Assembly (NCBI GenBank): GCA_036339465.1
Contig: JAYZAY010000026.1
Location: 19,789 to 83,788 of the forward strand
Origin: Myxococcota bacterium
GTDB lineage: Bacteria > Myxococcota > XYA12-FULL-58-9 > JABJBS01
Length of the DNA: 64,000 bases
Reading direction: 5' to 3'
The notes under the pieces were generated by a model, which was not told the origin of the DNA, ran no database searches, and saw only the letters and a program-made list of their open reading frames with translations. Positions 29,950-41,257 of this stretch are shown here, one piece after another. The position numbers and the translations under genes were made by a program. Within the stretch, counting starts at the first letter, position 1. The number at the start of each line of letters is the position of its first letter.

Positions 29950-30531
29950 TCACCCACCCTTGCGACCAAATTGGCGGCCCGCCCATATACCCGCCAAAAG
30001 CCCAAAAAGGTGCCCTTGCCACGAAACCCCAATACGGGTTGGGAGCACCCCCCAAATAATACCGCCATAGAGAACAATAACCAGCCCAGTCACCAAGAGC
30101 CCCGTGAATGACTTCTCAACCAACCCAATGGTTAGGAGGTAGCCAAAATATCCGAATATGAGACCGCTGGCACCAATATGAACCGAATGGGTCGCCCCGG
30201 TAAGCCACACCCCCATCCCACCTAAAAACATGATGCTTGCCGTGGCTAAAACAAAATCACGACGACCACGTAAGGCCACCAAAATACCCAAAACAAAAAA
30301 GGGCCCGGTGTTGGCGGCAAGGTGGGCAAAGTTTCCATGCAGCCAAGGAGACCACAAAATACCCCATAGGCCATCCCAGCTTCGAGGCACAATTCCGTAG
30401 CGGTCGAGGTGTCCCATGACCACAAAATCGACCAATTCCAACCCCCACATCACGCCCAACAAAATCGTCACCATGACAATGGGACCTTTCACCGAATCCC
30501 GTACTTTCTCCACTGCTTGAGCCTCCATCAC
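29950..30531 (-). CDS. Rhomboid family intramembrane serine protease
   Basis: HGNFAHLAAN, HIGASGLIFG (catalytic Ser) and SWQGHLFG (catalytic His). Confidence 0.92.
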   Translation of the reverse strand: MMEAQAVEKVRDSVKGPIVMVTILLGVMWGLELVDFVVMGHLDRYGIVPRSWDGLWGILWSPWLHGNFAHLAANTGPFFVLGILVALRGRRDFVLATASIMFLGGMGVWLTGATHSVHIGASGLIFGYFGYLLTIGLVEKSFTGLLVTGLVIVLYGGIIWGVLPTRIGVSWQGHLFGLLAGIWAGRQFGRKGG

Positions 30532-30918
30532 CGATAACCGACTTCACCTACCTTCATGGGGAAACCAATGACCATCACATCTAGAACCACTGGCACTGCT
30601 CTCAATGAAGGAGCTTATCTGAGAGAGTTTTCATACCAGTTTCATATCCAAGTTTATAGGGTTGTCCTACCGCAACATAAAGACAGTAAATGGGGACCAA
30701 GCCCTATTAGGGTTTACAAAAATCCTCAATAAGGCCACCTTTGGAAACACAGGTCCCATACCCCACAAGTCCATGAACGTATTCATAAGAAACCACGCTC
30801 AAAAACTGGAAATCGCATATTTATTACGTCATTAATCCTTTGTAGACTGGCATGTCCCCCGGTACAGATCCAGAGATTCATCGTCAGGGAGCACACACTA
30901 CTGAAACTTGGGAATATT

Positions 30919-32784
30919 GTGGACAATCATTCTAATAACGCCGAACCTAAAAAGCGCTACCGCGAAAAAATACGCGTCCTCCAAGAAAAAATCGACACCA
31001 CTGAGAAAACGTCGCGTAGGGTCATCCACGCAAGACTCGGCTGTTTTTTACTCACCTGTCTGGCCGGCTATTTCACTTACACCGAAACACTCACAAGCGC
31101 ACGATGGGCAGGCTTGACCACAGTTGGAACCGCGCTTTTTTTCGCACTGGTGCTGTGGCATCAACGCATACGCCACTCCCTCAAAAAACTTCTCTCCCTA
31201 CGCAAAATCAATCAGGAAGCACTCGACCGCATGGCCCGACGATGGGAAAAACTCCCCAAAATCCCCATCTCCGATCAATTACAAGAAGATCCCACCGCCG
31301 AAGATCTGGACCTCTTTGGAAGAGCATCCCTCTTTTCCCTACTGGGAACGGTGAGAACGCCCCATGGCCGACAGGCACTGGGACGATGGTTCCTCGATTT
31401 CGCATGCCCCAAGGAAATTTCGCGCCGTCAGAAAGCCGTGAAAGAACTCACCCCTCAATTGGAAATGCGTCAGGAATTCATTCACCGAGCAGACTCTCTA
31501 CTCTCGGTAACCACCGATCCACAACGATTTCTCAATTGGGTCGAGGAAGACGACACCTTCTCACCTCAAATCTTATGGTTTTGCTACGGACTCTCTTGGC
31601 TCTTATGGTTGGGCGTCATTCTCTATTTTTTGGGCCTCCTCAATCCCATGTGGATTCTTCTGAGTGTCGCCCTCAATACTCTCGTAAGCTTTGCTTATGT
31701 CGAACGCATTCACGCCTCCTATGGTAGAGTCTCGTGTACCAAGGGCGAGTTTTCAAACTACAGCGAGCTTTTCCAACACCTGCAAGAGCAGGATTTTGCG
31801 TCAGACCTTAATCTAGAATTGCAACAAGCGCTGGGCACCGACGAAAACTCAGCGGGCCATAGCCTCCGAAAACTCCAACTCATCATGGACTTCTCAGAGC
31901 TGCGATACGGAAGCTTTTGGTATTTGATGCTTCAAGGCCTAACCATGTGGGCCTTTTATATCTTCGGAAGTCTCATCCGATGGAGACGCCAATTTAAGTC
32001 CAAAATCCGGCGCTGGTTTGGTGCGGCGGGAGATTTCGAAGCACTGTGCTCCATAGCTGGTCTCAGCCATGACCACCCACAGTGGTGCTTCCCAAAGATT
32101 GACAAGACCCCTGAAATCTACGGAGAAGCAGTTGGACATCCATTGCTTCCGCACGAAGAGCGCGTTGCCAACGACCTACCCCGTCTCATAAAAGGACAAT
32201 TCTTGATTGTCACCGGTTCAAATATGTCGGGTAAAAGCACACTCCTCCGCTCGATCGGATTAAACCTCATTTTAGGAAGAATTGGTTCACCTGTTTGTGC
32301 CCGGGGATTCACCATGCCCGCCCCTATTTTGGCCACCAGTATTCGCGTCAAAGACTCCCTAGCTGACGGAGTGTCACTTTTTATGGCCGAGCTCTTGCGG
32401 CTTAAGGAAGTCATTGAAATAGCAAAAAGAGAACACCAAAGCGATGCAATAGTGGTTTGTCTCTTAGATGAAATACTGAGGGGAACAAATGCCACTGAGC
32501 GTCACATCGCGGTAGTCCATGTTATTCAAGAACTTTTATCTTCTGAAGCCACTGGCTCCATCTCCACCCACGACCTAGCGCTCCCGAGCGTTCCGGAATT
32601 AAATCCCGTGACACATACCGTGCATTTCCGAGAAATCATTCACGAGGACACAAGCAATCCCAAAATGGAATTCGACTATATCATCAGAGAAGGCGTCTCA
32701 ACCACCGTTAATGCCTTAAAATTATTGCGAATCGTGGGCATCACAAACACTCCCCCCCCTCAACAACCGGCATCCGAAAATTAA
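30919..32784 (+). CDS. Membrane-associated MutS-related ATPase (MutS domain V)
   Basis: TM segments at the N-terminus; TGSNMSGKSTLLR, SLFMAEL, LLDEILRGTN and STHD motifs. Confidence 0.9.
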   Translation: MDNHSNNAEPKKRYREKIRVLQEKIDTTEKTSRRVIHARLGCFLLTCLAGYFTYTETLTSARWAGLTTVGTALFFALVLWHQRIRHSLKKLLSLRKINQEALDRMARRWEKLPKIPISDQLQEDPTAEDLDLFGRASLFSLLGTVRTPHGRQALGRWFLDFACPKEISRRQKAVKELTPQLEMRQEFIHRADSLLSVTTDPQRFLNWVEEDDTFSPQILWFCYGLSWLLWLGVILYFLGLLNPMWILLSVALNTLVSFAYVERIHASYGRVSCTKGEFSNYSELFQHLQEQDFASDLNLELQQALGTDENSAGHSLRKLQLIMDFSELRYGSFWYLMLQGLTMWAFYIFGSLIRWRRQFKSKIRRWFGAAGDFEALCSIAGLSHDHPQWCFPKIDKTPEIYGEAVGHPLLPHEERVANDLPRLIKGQFLIVTGSNMSGKSTLLRSIGLNLILGRIGSPVCARGFTMPAPILATSIRVKDSLADGVSLFMAELLRLKEVIEIAKREHQSDAIVVCLLDEILRGTNATERHIAVVHVIQELLSSEATGSISTHDLALPSVPELNPVTHTVHFREIIHEDTSNPKMEFDYIIREGVSTTVNALKLLRIVGITNTPPPQQPASEN

Positions 32785-33218
32785 CCAAGCGCCCGACTGG
32801 ATTTGATTCATCCCGTAGGCCTCTTCCCCGTGAGCTTCATCGATTCCAACACTTGGCCCGCGCCCTCTAAACCGCAAATTTCTTATCCCCTTAAGCTATC
32901 AGTCGCCTTGTGCATCCAACCACTCTTGTCAAAGAGCACTACACTCTGCCTGCATATCCATAAAACATAGCCCCATCAGAAAACGACTGTGAATATTAAC
33001 AAAGCCCGGTGCCAAATCACCAAAGTGAGAAAATCTACTCATTATAAGAATTTCACCAAACCCCCTACGGAGATCAAACAACTCTTAAAACCGGGGATAG
33101 AATCTTTTCCATAAGAAACGAAGATGACGATAATTGTGACCACGAAGACTTCAGCATTAGCCCCCAAAGAAAAATATTTGAGGGTTTTGATGCGATAATA
33201 TTTCCTCTCTTAAAAGGA

Positions 33219-33779
33219 TCAGCCCACGCTTGCTCGCCAAAAAGAAACTTCTTCGGGTTTGCCACGGTACAATGCTCCAAATAAATCCAGGTGAATCATG
33301 TAAAGACGGGTATCAAACTCCAGCTGATGGTAGTCGGGTTCCATATGCACACAAAGTTTGTAGAAGGCTTTGTTGTGGTCTTTCTCACGTAAATGCGCCA
33401 GTTCATGCACCACAATCATCCTCAAAAAATCCTCTGGGGCCAACTTGAAGAGGGATGCCACTTTAATTTCATTTTTCGTTTTGAGTTTCGCGCCCTGGAC
33501 CCTTGAGACAAAGGTATGTAAACCCAAAGCCTGATTGACCGTGTGGATCCGGTCATCGTAACAGATCTTACTAACAGGTGAGGCCTTCCGGAGATAATGT
33601 CGTTTCAACTCCGTCGCGTAGCTATGGAGAGCTTTGTTGGTTCGTATGTCATGGGTCGTCGGATATTTTTCAAACAGATGGTCTCCCAAGCGGTTGGTGT
33701 CGATCAAACGCCGTACCGACTCGATGGTTTTCTCGGAATAACCTGCAACATACTTAAGTTGGTCCATAAACGCTTCCAA
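33219..33779 (-). CDS. YgjP/DUF45-like metal-dependent hydrolase
   Basis: IVVHELAHLREKDHNKAFY (HExxH) motif. Confidence 0.88.
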   Translation of the reverse strand: MEAFMDQLKYVAGYSEKTIESVRRLIDTNRLGDHLFEKYPTTHDIRTNKALHSYATELKRHYLRKASPVSKICYDDRIHTVNQALGLHTFVSRVQGAKLKTKNEIKVASLFKLAPEDFLRMIVVHELAHLREKDHNKAFYKLCVHMEPDYHQLEFDTRLYMIHLDLFGALYRGKPEEVSFWRASVG

Positions 33780-33991
33780 TCACAAAGATTCGTACTTGTC
33801 AGGGCCAATTGAAGTGATCTTTTGAAGAATGCCGGGCTGTTTAAGGCGAATTCCCGGAGCAACCATGGCCCGAGGAGCGGATCGTCTCTAAAAAGGTACC
33901 TGCAGAGGCAAAGAACCACCAGCCCCTAAAATTCGGTGAGCTTAAGACAATGGTGGAAGGAAGAAAAGACGTGTAGAAGTGGAAGGGAAAA

Positions 33992-35380
33992 TTAAGAAGC
34001 TTCGCTCAAAGCTAAACGGTGCTCTTCAACAGCCGCTTCCATATCTTTTTGAATTTCCTTCAGGCGTATTTCAGTTTCAGCCTCAAATCGTAAAACAAGA
34101 ATTGGCTGAGTATTGCTGCAACGAACCAGACCCCACCCATCTTCCCATTCCACACGAGCACCATCGAGATCGATCACCTTAAAAGCTTCGATCTTGGCCC
34201 GTTCTTTATAGCCATCGGTCAAACGCGCCACCAGATCAAACTTAAGGGATTCTGGGCAATCCATTCGCAGCTCTGGCGTCGAAACGGTTTCCGGTAAATC
34301 ACTTAAAAGCGCATCGATCCCCTGGTCTGTTTCCCCTAATATCTCGACCAGACGAGCCGCGGTATACGTAGCATCATCGAATCCATAGTATCGATGTTTG
34401 TAGAAAATATGCCCCGACATCTCTCCGGCAAGGGCGGCGGATTCCTCTTTGATTTTCGCCTTAATAAAGGAATGGCCCGTCTTCCACATAATGGGCCGGC
34501 CACCGTTTTTCTTGATGTCGTCGTACATGAGCTTGGAGCATTTCACCTCACCGATAATCACAGCACCGGGCTCTTCCTTAAGTAAAGCACGGCTCAATAG
34601 AATCATAAGCTTATCACCCCAAATCACCGCCCCCGAAGCTGACACCACACCTATCCGGTCCGCATCACCATCAAAAGCCAATCCAATATCCGCACCATAT
34701 TCTAAGACTGCTTTTTTGAGGTCCTCAAGATTCTCCTCAACGGTTGGATCCGCGTGATGATTCGGGAACGAACCATCTGGCTCACAAAAAATCCCCGTAA
34801 CTTTGCAACCTAGATTTTCGAGAACCGGCACCGCTGTTAACCCACCCACACCATTGCCCGCATCTACAACCACCTTCAGATTTCGGCTTGGCTTATGGAT
34901 ATTGTCTGTGACCTCTAAAATATAAGCAGGTAAAATATCCCTGGGTTCGGAGCTTCCCTCACCATGGATATAATCTTCCGTTTCAATCATCCGGTGGAGT
35001 CCTTGAATCGCTTCTCCGTGGAGAGAATCCCCAAGCATGGTCAATTTGAAACCGTTGTATTCGGGTGGATTATGACTACCGGTAATAGCAACGCCACCAT
35101 CGGCTTTTAAATGGTGAATGGCCCAATAGACCGATGGGCTAGGCACCATCCCAATATCAAAGACAAAACAACCAGAATCGGTTAGGCCATCGCGCATCCT
35201 CAAAGCCAATTGGATGCCAGAAGGTCGACAATCCCGGCCAACCACAATGGTCTTACCACCATCCCTAATTAAACGAGAACCAACAGCTCTCCCCAAGTGG
35301 TAAGCGAAATCGGAGGTGAGTTCCGTTTCTACAATCCCGCGAATATCGTACGCCCGAAAAATTTCCTTTGTCACATCCAC
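33992..35380 (-). CDS. Phosphomannomutase/phosphoglucomutase
   Basis: IFRAYDIRG, TGSHNP, FDGDADR and GEMSGH motifs. Confidence 0.95.
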   Translation of the reverse strand: MDVTKEIFRAYDIRGIVETELTSDFAYHLGRAVGSRLIRDGGKTIVVGRDCRPSGIQLALRMRDGLTDSGCFVFDIGMVPSPSVYWAIHHLKADGGVAITGSHNPPEYNGFKLTMLGDSLHGEAIQGLHRMIETEDYIHGEGSSEPRDILPAYILEVTDNIHKPSRNLKVVVDAGNGVGGLTAVPVLENLGCKVTGIFCEPDGSFPNHHADPTVEENLEDLKKAVLEYGADIGLAFDGDADRIGVVSASGAVIWGDKLMILLSRALLKEEPGAVIIGEVKCSKLMYDDIKKNGGRPIMWKTGHSFIKAKIKEESAALAGEMSGHIFYKHRYYGFDDATYTAARLVEILGETDQGIDALLSDLPETVSTPELRMDCPESLKFDLVARLTDGYKERAKIEAFKVIDLDGARVEWEDGWGLVRCSNTQPILVLRFEAETEIRLKEIQKDMEAAVEEHRLALSEAS

Positions 35381-35382
35381 AA

Positions 35383-35994
35383 CTAAACTCCCAATTCCCT
35401 CATAATCTCTTTTTCCAGCAGCTCAAGGAGGTTTTGAGCATTATTAATAGAAATACGACCAAGGGCGCGCTTGTAGGCCTCATCGTAAACATCCCCTAAT
35501 TCATCCGCCGCTCCGATCCGCACCAAATCACTCAAAGCCCGGGTATTCGAATAAGCATCACCCATTGAAGCCGGCGGTTCACCTATCCGAGAAGGATACC
35601 CATAAACCCGAGCCACGTTCCCAAGTCGCGACAACTCAGACAATTTCCGGTAATGCCGTTTTTTCTCCAAGCGACGAATATGATCAACCCGGATTATGCG
35701 ATCAGACATCTTTTGGCTGCTTACATATTTGGCAAGCGCATCCAGGCGTCCCCGCCGCGAATAGTGCTTGATGATTTCGCTATCACGCGCCCGTTCTGGC
35801 CCGCTCCGCAAATCGGGAGCTTCATTGATTCCCAAATTACGGGCCAAATACGAACCCCGCCGAATCTTCGGTTTTCGAGTCAACAATTCCTTCACAGACG
35901 GCTCATTCTTTCCCTCCCCCTGCTGCCCAGAAGACAACCCGGGAACGAAACAAATCACCATAAATCCCAAAGTAATCACAATAAATCTTGCCAT
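35383..35994 (-). CDS. Hypothetical exported protein
   Basis: 203-aa ORF with signal peptide, lying between manC and PMM. Confidence 0.65.
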   Translation of the reverse strand: MARFIVITLGFMVICFVPGLSSGQQGEGKNEPSVKELLTRKPKIRRGSYLARNLGINEAPDLRSGPERARDSEIIKHYSRRGRLDALAKYVSSQKMSDRIIRVDHIRRLEKKRHYRKLSELSRLGNVARVYGYPSRIGEPPASMGDAYSNTRALSDLVRIGAADELGDVYDEAYKRALGRISINNAQNLLELLEKEIMRELGV

Positions 35995-37058
35995 TTATTT
36001 TCCTCTATCACCTTAACAACATCGCGAACGCGTTGTCCCATTTCACGGGGTAAAACCAAGGTTGCCTTCTGAGTATGCACAACGATTAAATTCTCACAAC
36101 CAAGGGCTGAGACCACCCCACCATCGGTGGCAATGAGCGTGCAGTTCTTATTGTCCATGGAAATGGTTCTTCCTCGCCGCACATTCCCCTCTAGATCAGC
36201 CTCAAAAACATCGGGAAGGGCATCAAAACTTCCAACGTCAGACCAGCCACAATCCACGGGAATCACCGCAACTTTTTCCGCTCCTTCCATGACCCCATAA
36301 TCGATGGAGACCGACGGTAAAGAGGCGTAGATTTCTCGAAGTAATTCATCAGAAATCCGGCCTGCTTCCCGTAGGGCTTCCTCCAAAACACCTAAACCAG
36401 AAGACAGGTCCGGCAATTGCCGTTGAATTTCATCCAAAATAATCTTCGGGCGACAAACAAACATACCCGCATTCCAAGAGTGCTTTCCAGAGGCAACAAA
36501 CTCCTTCGCCAATTCCAGGTTCGGTTTTTCTAAAAACTCCGCCACCTCAAACGCACACGCTCCCAAAGCATCACCCCTACGGATGTAGCCATATCCCGTT
36601 TCCGGTTTATTCGCTTCGATTCCTAAAGTGACAATATAATTGTCCCGAGCGATACGTGCTGCCTCAGCCAACGCATCACATAAGGCCTGTGGCGCACCTA
36701 CATGGTGATCCGCAGGCAAGACAATCATCACCGAATCTGGATCTTTGACTTGTAGATGGAGGGCAGCCAATCCGATGGCGGCAGCGGTATTCCTCTGAAT
36801 TGGCTCAGCAAGAAATTGTGCTGCGGGAATACTGGGTAAAACCGCCCGAGAACCTTCTACCTGAGACTCATGCACAACCAACCAACTGTTGGAATCTTTA
36901 ACAAAGCCAGAGAGGCGTTGAACCGTGGCCTGAAGAAAAGTTGGGCTCCCGGCTTCCCAAGTAACCAATTGCTTCGGGCGCTCACAAAGAGACATAGGCC
37001 AGAAGCGCGTGCCTGAACCGCCAGCCATAATGACCGCATAGAGTGAGTTGTCTTCCAT
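35976..37058 (-). CDS. manC: Mannose-1-phosphate guanylyltransferase
   Basis: IMAGGSGTRFWP, PETGYGYI, WNAGMF and WSDVGS motifs; ATG 37058 preceded by a CAGGAG RBS. Confidence 0.92.
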   Translation of the reverse strand: MEDNSLYAVIMAGGSGTRFWPMSLCERPKQLVTWEAGSPTFLQATVQRLSGFVKDSNSWLVVHESQVEGSRAVLPSIPAAQFLAEPIQRNTAAAIGLAALHLQVKDPDSVMIVLPADHHVGAPQALCDALAEAARIARDNYIVTLGIEANKPETGYGYIRRGDALGACAFEVAEFLEKPNLELAKEFVASGKHSWNAGMFVCRPKIILDEIQRQLPDLSSGLGVLEEALREAGRISDELLREIYASLPSVSIDYGVMEGAEKVAVIPVDCGWSDVGSFDALPDVFEADLEGNVRRGRTISMDNKNCTLIATDGGVVSALGCENLIVVHTQKATLVLPREMGQRVRDVVKVIEENKWQDLL

Positions 37059-37122
37059 CAACTCCTGATAGCACGGGCCAATCACGGATAAAAGCTGAAG
37101 CGGTCACAATTGCCGTAGAGTG

Positions 37123-37689
37123 TCAATCGGCTAGAAATTCTAGGAGTTCTCTCAAGATGAAAGCGGTGGCTCCCCATATGAATTCATCATCATAGGTAAG
37201 ACTCCAAAGTTGAATCATAGCGCCACGGTGTTGGTAGGTTTGGCGCTCCCACCGACTAAAATCGGAAACAACAGCGTAGGGAACCAGGAATGCTCGTTCC
37301 ACTTCCATGGGATTAGGTTCGAGATTCTCTACACTTCTAATCCGGCCAACATAGGGGGTTATGTGAAATCCGGTGATGGTATGCATTTCATGGAATTTAC
37401 CAATAAGGTCTAGGTTGTCGGGTGATGTACCAAGTTCTTCACAGGTCTCACGGAGGGCAGCCGACGCAAGACTCTTATCTTCCTCATGCATCCCACCTCC
37501 AGGAAATGAAACCTCACCTGCATGCTTGGCTAGGGCGGTGGAACGACGGGTCAGAAGAACCGAGACTCCGTCCGGAGAAATATGAAAAGGTATAAACACC
37601 GCTGCCCGCCGCAGGTCATGGGTCGACATTTCTCTGACTTTAAGCGCGTTTAAACGGGCAGACAGGTCCTCAAAACTCAAGATAGCCAT
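37123..37689 (-). CDS. CoA pyrophosphatase-type Nudix hydrolase
   Basis: LLTRRS...HAGEVSFPGG...AALRETCEELG and IWGATA. Start moved to ATG 37689 to reduce overlap with uppP. Confidence 0.88.
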   Translation of the reverse strand: MAILSFEDLSARLNALKVREMSTHDLRRAAVFIPFHISPDGVSVLLTRRSTALAKHAGEVSFPGGGMHEEDKSLASAALRETCEELGTSPDNLDLIGKFHEMHTITGFHITPYVGRIRSVENLEPNPMEVERAFLVPYAVVSDFSRWERQTYQHRGAMIQLWSLTYDDEFIWGATAFILRELLEFLAD

Positions 37690-38501
37690 AGAAGTCCCAT
37701 TAGGCCCACTGGGATTACATACCAACAAAAATGCGTAAAATAGCCCTTTCGAATCATGGGAATGAGCAGACGAATGGCGATTCCACCGGATAGTGCGGCC
37801 GCCAGGCCTCCCACCAGAAGATGTGACCAATCAACACCGTGCCCAACCTCTAAGACATCGAGGATTTGGAGTAGCGCCGCCCCCAGAATAGCTGGAATGG
37901 ATAAAAGAAATGAAAATTTCGCCGCTTCGGCCCTTTCAATGCCCAACCAGAGAGCCAATGTAATGGTCGCCCCACTTCGACTGATACCGGGCAGAACCGC
38001 ACAGCCCTGAATACAACCAATCAAAAAGGCATTCCTATAACTAAGAGTCTCAAGACCCCCTTCACCCACATAGCGAAGACTAAAGAGCAACCCGCCGGTT
38101 ACCAGTAGCATCGCAGAAGCGAAACCCGGCGTACTCACATCATCCCAACCTAATTTCTTGATCCCCAATCCCAACACTGCCGTGGGCAGCGAACCGATAA
38201 CCATGGCCACAAAAAGATGAGACCCTTTCTGAATTTGAGCCGGCTCGACCACCAAACTGGGTGGCCCAATTCGAGTCAGAATTCGAGCCACGCAGCTCCG
38301 AACAATGAGGATGATGTCAGATCGGTAATAAACCAACACCACCAAAAGGGTGGCCACGTGAACCGCAATATCGAAAACGAGGTGAGATTCAGAGAGGCCT
38401 AGTACCGCCCCTCCCAAGGTAAGGTGCCCGGAACTGGAAACGGGAAGGAACTCTGTCAGACCTTGAATCAGGCCCAGAATAATCGCCTCCCACCAATGCA
38501 G
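37677..38501 (-). CDS. uppP: Undecaprenyl-diphosphate phosphatase (apparent CTG start, 274 aa)
   Basis: In-frame extension of the track ORF gives WWEAIILGLIQGLTEFLPVSSSGHL; PGISRSGAT motif present; GGGAGG SD lies 6 nt upstream of CTG 38501. Confidence 0.9.
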   Translation of the reverse strand: MHWWEAIILGLIQGLTEFLPVSSSGHLTLGGAVLGLSESHLVFDIAVHVATLLVVLVYYRSDIILIVRSCVARILTRIGPPSLVVEPAQIQKGSHLFVAMVIGSLPTAVLGLGIKKLGWDDVSTPGFASAMLLVTGGLLFSLRYVGEGGLETLSYRNAFLIGCIQGCAVLPGISRSGATITLALWLGIERAEAAKFSFLLSIPAILGAALLQILDVLEVGHGVDWSHLLVGGLAAALSGGIAIRLLIPMIRKGYFTHFCWYVIPVGLMGLLWLS

Positions 38502-38525
38502 GGCAAACCTCCCAAGTTGAGAATT

Positions 38526-39683
38526 CTAGCCGTGAACAAACGCAGCCAAAGATTCAGCCCGATCCGTCTTTTCCCAAAGAAAATCCTTTTCTTCACGGCC
38601 AAAATGACCATAGGCCGCAGTTCCTCGGTAAATTGGCCGAAGAAGCTCAAGTTGTGCAATAACCTGAGCAGGTTTCGCGGGGAAAAGTTCCCGAACCGCA
38701 GCTTCAATTTTGGTTTCTTCTGCCGTTCCGGTTCCAAAGGTATCGACCAAAATCGATACTGGCTCAGCCACACCAATGGCATAAGCCAACTGCACCTCAC
38801 ATCGACTGGCCAATTTCGCCGCGACGATGTTCTTGGCCACATAACGTGCGTAGTAAGCGGCGCTGCGGTCGACCTTACTTGGATCCTTTCCGCTGAACGC
38901 TCCACCCCCATGCCGTCCCATACCACCGTAGGTATCAACGATGATTTTTCGGCCCGTCAAGCCCGCATCGCCCATGGGACCACCCACAATAAATTGGCCC
39001 GTTGGATTGATAAAAAACTCAATTTTATCGGAACGAAGATTTTCGGGAATAATAGGATAGACCACCTCAGCAAGGACAGCGTCACGGAGATCCTCTTGTT
39101 TCACGTCGGGAGAATGCTGCGTTGAAATAACAACGTTGGTCACTTCTACGGGCTTGCCATTCGCATAACGGAAAGTCACTTGGCTTTTTCCATCGGGCCG
39201 GAGGAAATCCAACGTATTATTATGGCGGACCTTGGCCAACTGCTTGGTTAACTTATGCGCATACATGATGGGCGCGGGCATTAATTCCGCCGTATCATCA
39301 CAAGCATAACCAAACATCATACCTTGATCGCCAGCACCTTGCTCATGTTGGTCATCATCAACCCCCATGGCAATATCCGCCGATTGCTTGTCGATAGAAG
39401 TCAGGACCGCACAGGTTTCCCAATCAAAGCCCATATCGCTGGAATTGTAACCAATTTCACGAATAGTATCCCGAACGACCTTGGGCATATCCACGTAACA
39501 TGAGGTGGTAATTTCACCGGCAATCACGGCCATCCCTGTTTTCACCAACGTTTCACAAGCCACTCGACCCTTCGGGTCTTGTCGCAAAATTTCATCCAAA
39601 ATAGCGTCGGATATTTGATCAGACACCTTGTCGGGATGTCCTTCGGTCACGGACTCAGAAGTAAACAAAAATTCTCGGCTCAT
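38526..39683 (-). CDS. metK: S-adenosylmethionine synthetase
   Basis: [19 protein letters not shown] and GGGAFSGKD motifs. Confidence 0.98.
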   Translation of the reverse strand: MSREFLFTSESVTEGHPDKVSDQISDAILDEILRQDPKGRVACETLVKTGMAVIAGEITTSCYVDMPKVVRDTIREIGYNSSDMGFDWETCAVLTSIDKQSADIAMGVDDDQHEQGAGDQGMMFGYACDDTAELMPAPIMYAHKLTKQLAKVRHNNTLDFLRPDGKSQVTFRYANGKPVEVTNVVISTQHSPDVKQEDLRDAVLAEVVYPIIPENLRSDKIEFFINPTGQFIVGGPMGDAGLTGRKIIVDTYGGMGRHGGGAFSGKDPSKVDRSAAYYARYVAKNIVAAKLASRCEVQLAYAIGVAEPVSILVDTFGTGTAEETKIEAAVRELFPAKPAQVIAQLELLRPIYRGTAAYGHFGREEKDFLWEKTDRAESLAAFVHG

Positions 39684-39761
39684 AATTAATTATCTCCACG
39701 TCTTAAAGGCCTAGCTACAAGAATCATTGATCTACCGTCATGCCGACCTTAATTCAATCCC

Positions 39762-41222
39762 TTATTTCTTCGTTATCTGCTTCATCATTTCTTGCTTTCG
39801 TTTTTCCGCATGAATATGCTGTCTGAGTTGTTCTTGTAACTGGGGCGGTAGGCTCTTGAGGACCGATGGGTCAAGATTGCCTAAACCTAAGGGAGGCGCC
39901 ATTTTCTTAAACGTCTCGATGCCTCCGAGAAGCCGGTCAACCGATCCTTTATCCACCCAATATCCGAGGCCATCCACATTGCCTCGGACCAAGGCCTCCT
40001 TTTTGTCACCGAATTTTCGGACAGCTCCGACCCTTAGGCGCAATTTGCTACCATCGGCTTGAATCAAGTCAATAAACCTACGGTGTTTGGAAAGAACGCG
40101 GAAATCTCGTTTGCTTCCCCCTAGCCTTCCAGCCCTCAAAGCCTTCATGAATCCCAATCGGCGATCAACCATGGATGGGTCGAAAACAAAATCAGCTTTG
40201 GCTTTAGGGCGAGAACTTTCCAGCTGCCATTGCCCCTCAGCGGACCTCTTAAACCGAACGAATTTCTTGCCATCCTGCAACGTCAGCTGCTTGATTTCTC
40301 CTTCAATGAAATCCATAGGATGTAGATTTCTGAAATCTTCGAGGGATTTGCGTAGACTCTTGGCAATGCTTAAAGGCAACAAGGCTTGGATACTCCGCTC
40401 CGAAACCCCCATGAAAACATCACCCTCGGAATTCGTATTCAATCGTATACTAAGCTTCTCCGAGTGTCCTTTCAGCTGAACTTCAAGAAGAAAGCTCTCG
40501 TCGCGTTTCCCTTGCACCGCTGGCTCCTCAATGAACTCCTTGACCCGCAAACCTGCAATTGCATCCACCAATCCCACCTGGACCTTTTGGTCCACCCGAA
40601 AATCCGCCGGCAACTTCATCGCTTCGGCAAAAGCGAGAATCCCGGCTTGGTCCCGAACCAAGGTCCACAAAGCTTGCCCTTTGAGTGTCGCCGACACTTT
40701 TTCGATATCGGCCCCACTGAATTTAAAGAGCTTTCGCTCCACCCAAGATGAGAGAGGTTTACTAAATTGATGGGGAAACACGCCCTTCACATGAAACACG
40801 CGGCCTTCAGATCTCAAGTAGCTACCACCCTTGGCCGCTTTCCCCAGCCAAAAATCCGCCACCACCGTACCATCCTGGGATATATTAACCCGTAAAGCCT
40901 GTGCGTCATCCAATTCGAAATCTGGAAACTTTGAGCTTCGTTCTGTGACCAAATTACTGGACTTCAGATTCCCAAGCGCTGCCAAAAGTCCCTGCACCGC
41001 AGCATCATTGGCTTCCCGTTTGCCCACAATCCAAAGCCCCTCGCGTTTTTCGAGCGCAATGGGATTCTTACCCGCTATCTCAATGCCCGTAACTTTCTCC
41101 GACGCCAGACCAGAGAAAGACAAACGCGCAATACCGCGCTCCGCTGGAGCATTACCTTTGATAACCCAAACCGCAATGAGCCCGATAAAAAGCACTCCAA
41201 CTATCAACTTCCGATTCATCAT
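39762..41222 (-). CDS. DUF4340-type membrane-anchored protein of a Gld-like ABC system
   Basis: N-terminal TM and repeated beta-rich domains; directly after a GldG-like gene. Confidence 0.7.
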   Translation of the reverse strand: MMNRKLIVGVLFIGLIAVWVIKGNAPAERGIARLSFSGLASEKVTGIEIAGKNPIALEKREGLWIVGKREANDAAVQGLLAALGNLKSSNLVTERSSKFPDFELDDAQALRVNISQDGTVVADFWLGKAAKGGSYLRSEGRVFHVKGVFPHQFSKPLSSWVERKLFKFSGADIEKVSATLKGQALWTLVRDQAGILAFAEAMKLPADFRVDQKVQVGLVDAIAGLRVKEFIEEPAVQGKRDESFLLEVQLKGHSEKLSIRLNTNSEGDVFMGVSERSIQALLPLSIAKSLRKSLEDFRNLHPMDFIEGEIKQLTLQDGKKFVRFKRSAEGQWQLESSRPKAKADFVFDPSMVDRRLGFMKALRAGRLGGSKRDFRVLSKHRRFIDLIQADGSKLRLRVGAVRKFGDKKEALVRGNVDGLGYWVDKGSVDRLLGGIETFKKMAPPLGLGNLDPSVLKSLPPQLQEQLRQHIHAEKRKQEMMKQITKK

Positions 41223-41257
41223 TGATTCTCCCTCCCTAAAACCATCTCAATCATACC

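Noticed and set aside
32990..33020. TGGCAC-containing sigma54-like site on the minus strand
   Set aside because: The -24/-12 spacing and GC dinucleotide do not match, and no gene lies directly downstream in that orientation.
38424..39125. 233-aa plus-strand ORF
   Set aside because: Antisense shadow of the highly conserved metK.
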